Virus record (IMG/VR): IMGVR_UViG_3300042534_000372
Location: 1-56,714 of that record
Reading direction: 5' to 3' (one strand)
From: a virus
Lineage: Duplodnaviria; Caudoviricetes
DNA length: 56,714 nt
Shown: one piece after another, positions 56,635 through 56,714 of the stretch
How the letters are laid out: each line of letters opens with the position of its first letter
Numbering within the stretch: the first letter of the stretch is position 1
Translations under genes and position numbers: made by a program
The notes under the pieces: generated by a model
Told to the model about the DNA's origin: nothing
Seen by the model: the letters and a program-made list of their open reading frames with translations, nothing else
Databases searched by the model: none

Positions 56635-56714
56635 TTAAAATCTATGTTATGAAAAAATGCGAAGATTGTGGATGTGAAATTTATTCTTACATCAATAAAG
56701 ATGGTGAATGCAAG

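Overview
The window is an essentially complete, AT-rich siphovirus-type phage genome. The host is probably Bacteroidota, judged from TAnnTTTG promoters, a DUF3127 SSB and Gln-type signal peptides. It circularises at about 55,836 bp: 757-878 is identical to 56593-56714, while bases 1-756 appear to come from a related but different phage. It carries HK97-type head genes, a tail module, a small M15 endolysin, replication and recombination genes and two DNA methyltransferases; I saw no integrase. The main finding is three arrays (19464-23495 minus, 46852-48728 plus, 51459-54198 plus) holding about 20 integron attC-like hairpins with TAAY...RTTA cores. Their outer flanks match across neighbouring sites as in integron cassettes, they fold best on the coding strand, their loops hold gene starts or whole genes, and all three arrays end in the same attI-like half site. 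Most genes cross the right-arm core in the same frame and share C-terminal modules combinatorially. This suggests an integrase-less, phage-borne system for shuffling cassettes and protein modules. Other oddities are tail-fibre-like proteins with Sec signal peptides, a membrane-anchored paralog of the fibre tip, an RlmN-like radical SAM cassette and a genome-wide 14-bp palindrome. All calls come from manual motif reading; no database searches or folding programs were run.
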